A DNA stretch of 64,000 bases, taken from NCBI RefSeq assembly GCF_009914755.1, contig NC_060930.1; one strand, written 5' to 3'. A program made the translations under genes and the position numbers. Origin of the DNA: the human T2T-CHM13v2.0 reference genome, Homo sapiens. This document shows positions 62,288 to 64,000 of the stretch, piece by piece; the first letter of the stretch is position 1; each line of letters begins with the position of its first letter. Under the pieces are notes generated by a model. It saw only the letters and a list, made by a program, of their open reading frames with translations, made no database searches and was not told the DNA's origin.

Positions 62288-62764
62288 TCATTCAAGTTTC
62301 CCCTGGCCTTACCAGACTGTACAGATAACAGGAACCACCCCAACTCAAATTTCCCTGGTTTTTTCCATAGCCTGGGGATGGTGGACCTTTAATACCCTGT
62401 AAGGTATCTTTCAAATATTTCTTGAGGTCCCTACAAGGTGTCTCCCAGGTACTGCTGCATAACATCCCTCCTCTAAGCTGGCCCATGGCTTCTCCTGGCC
62501 ACTGGCTGGCCAGCAGTGTCTCCTGTTTGCCCCTTCCATGTACTTCCACAGCTGAGGCTCAGGAAAGCTGCAGATGTCCAAGTGACACGGCATTCTCTTT
62601 TAAGTAGGAGGAGCGCTTCCTTCCCCTACCCCCTCATGCCAACCACAATGAGGACACCCAGCACTGATGCCCAGCAATGTGGCTTCTGCTCCAGTATATT
62701 ACAGAGTTCGAATTCAGAATTTCAGTTTCCCTTTGTAGGCTGCTGACTGCTCAGAGGAGGTAGG

Positions 62765-63520
62765 CTTTCATTCTTAAATATGTACTGATTGCCTGCTCTG
62801 TGTAGATGCCTACAACGTGCACAGGGATGAGTGAAACCGCCAAGGACTCTGACCATGAAATTTTCAGCCTAGTCATGGAGAAAGATGATGACCAAGAAAT
62901 AAAAGCAAATAAATACACAACCACAAATTGAGATAAGTGCTATGAAGGAAACAGGCAGAGAGGTGTGAGAGAAAATAACAAAGGAGCTACTTTCGATCAG
63001 AGGGTCAGAAAAGGTCTCCAAGCTCATGACAGTTTATAATAATAACTATTAATAGGACATATTAGAAATCCAGACTTGGAAAAAGGGAGGGGAGGGGTTT
63101 TTAGAAGAAATTTATTGGGGAGGATGGGGGTGGTACAAAGAGGAGGAGGAGTTAATATTTTGAGACATTACTATGACCCAGTAACATTCTAAGAACTTTA
63201 CACATGTTATATTCTTTAATCCTAACACAACCCTATGTAGGAACTACTGTTAACCCTGCTTAACAGAGGTATAAGATGAAGCACAGAAGGGTTAAGTAAC
63301 TTGCCCTTGTCACACAGCTACTAAGTGGTGAAGGCAGAATTTGAATCCGAGCAGTTTCAGACCCTAAGGAAGAAAAGACTTTGGATTATTTTAGCAACTT
63401 AAAGACCAGTGTGACTGAAATGGAAAGGAAAACGGGGAGGGAAATGGGAGAGAAATGGAGTTGGCAAAGCAGGCAGGGCCTAGAGCATGCATGGAAAGGT
63501 GGTCATATTTCATCCTCAGA
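62765..63520 (-). mobile_element. L2 relic with a nested MIR (~63150-63360)
   Basis: gataagtgctatgaaggaaa...gggtcagaaaaggtctc; MIR gcacagaagggttaagtaacttgccc...cacacagcta...gaatttgaatcc. Confidence 0.6.
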
Positions 63521-63820
63521 GAGTGTCATGGCTGATTAATTAATGCTGCTCCAAAGGAACAATACTGTTCTGAGGAGCCAGCTGTGGTCATGAAAATAAT
63601 GATCACCTCTATTACTTTCTTAGGCTGAGGTATTAGAAAATGAGAGTGCTTCCTTTATGCTGAGAAGAAGAAAGGAGCCTAAGATCTTGGGGATGGAATT
63701 ACCCTCTCTGGCAGATAGGCCAACTTCATGCATAACCCAGGAAACTGCACCACTTCCCAGGACCTACCGGTAGCAACCCATTCCCTGCATTATAGAATGA
63801 CGGATGGCCAAATTAAACAG

Positions 63821-63841
63821 TATTCCACCAGGGGGTGAGCA
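63821..63841 (+). promoter_or_regulatory. Candidate CTCF site
   Basis: CCACCAGGGGGTG at 63825-63837, one mismatch from the CCACCAGGGGGCG core. Confidence 0.4.
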
Positions 63842-64000
63842 CTGGGTTAGTAATACAGGGATGGGGAAGGGCATGGAGAGGAACCAGTTATCAGAGTGGG
63901 CCTCTCTAGGGGACAATCTCCACTTTGGCAGGAGCCGCCTGGGGAAACGCCTGTGTTCCTGGCCACGGGCTGCAACTCACAGCCTCTCTACGTGGCTGCC

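Overview
Primate (very probably human) non-coding genomic DNA, CpG-depleted and repeat-rich. I see no protein-coding gene, CpG island, tRNA/rRNA or CRISPR array. The ORFs in the track are repeat-derived or chance, and the only convincing protein remnants are LINE-1 ORF1/ORF2 and Tigger transposase fragments. The window holds about 29 Alu-family copies or fragments, an old internally deleted L1 (~30.0-36.5 kb) carrying several nested insertions including a Y1 RNA pseudogene, an old minus-strand L1 (~42.0-44.7 kb), a 5'-truncated L1PA with a 17-bp TSD (60.3-61.7 kb), many MaLR/ERV LTRs, DNA transposons (MER82 x2, Tigger, MER91A, MER20, MER3, MER5), MIR/L2 relics and microsatellites. The most unusual signals are three local inverted (fold-back or template-switch) copies at 16.75, 31.4/31.8 and 32.7 kb, two insertions that carry unexplained non-repeat filler DNA (34.8 and 43.7 kb), several near-perfect short tandem duplications, and a CpG-retaining AP-1/ETS/kB/HRE motif cluster at ~58.0 kb. 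I found no evidence for a new multi-gene system. Repeat subfamily names come from remembered consensus sequences and need RepeatMasker/Dfam confirmation; boundaries of old repeats are approximate.
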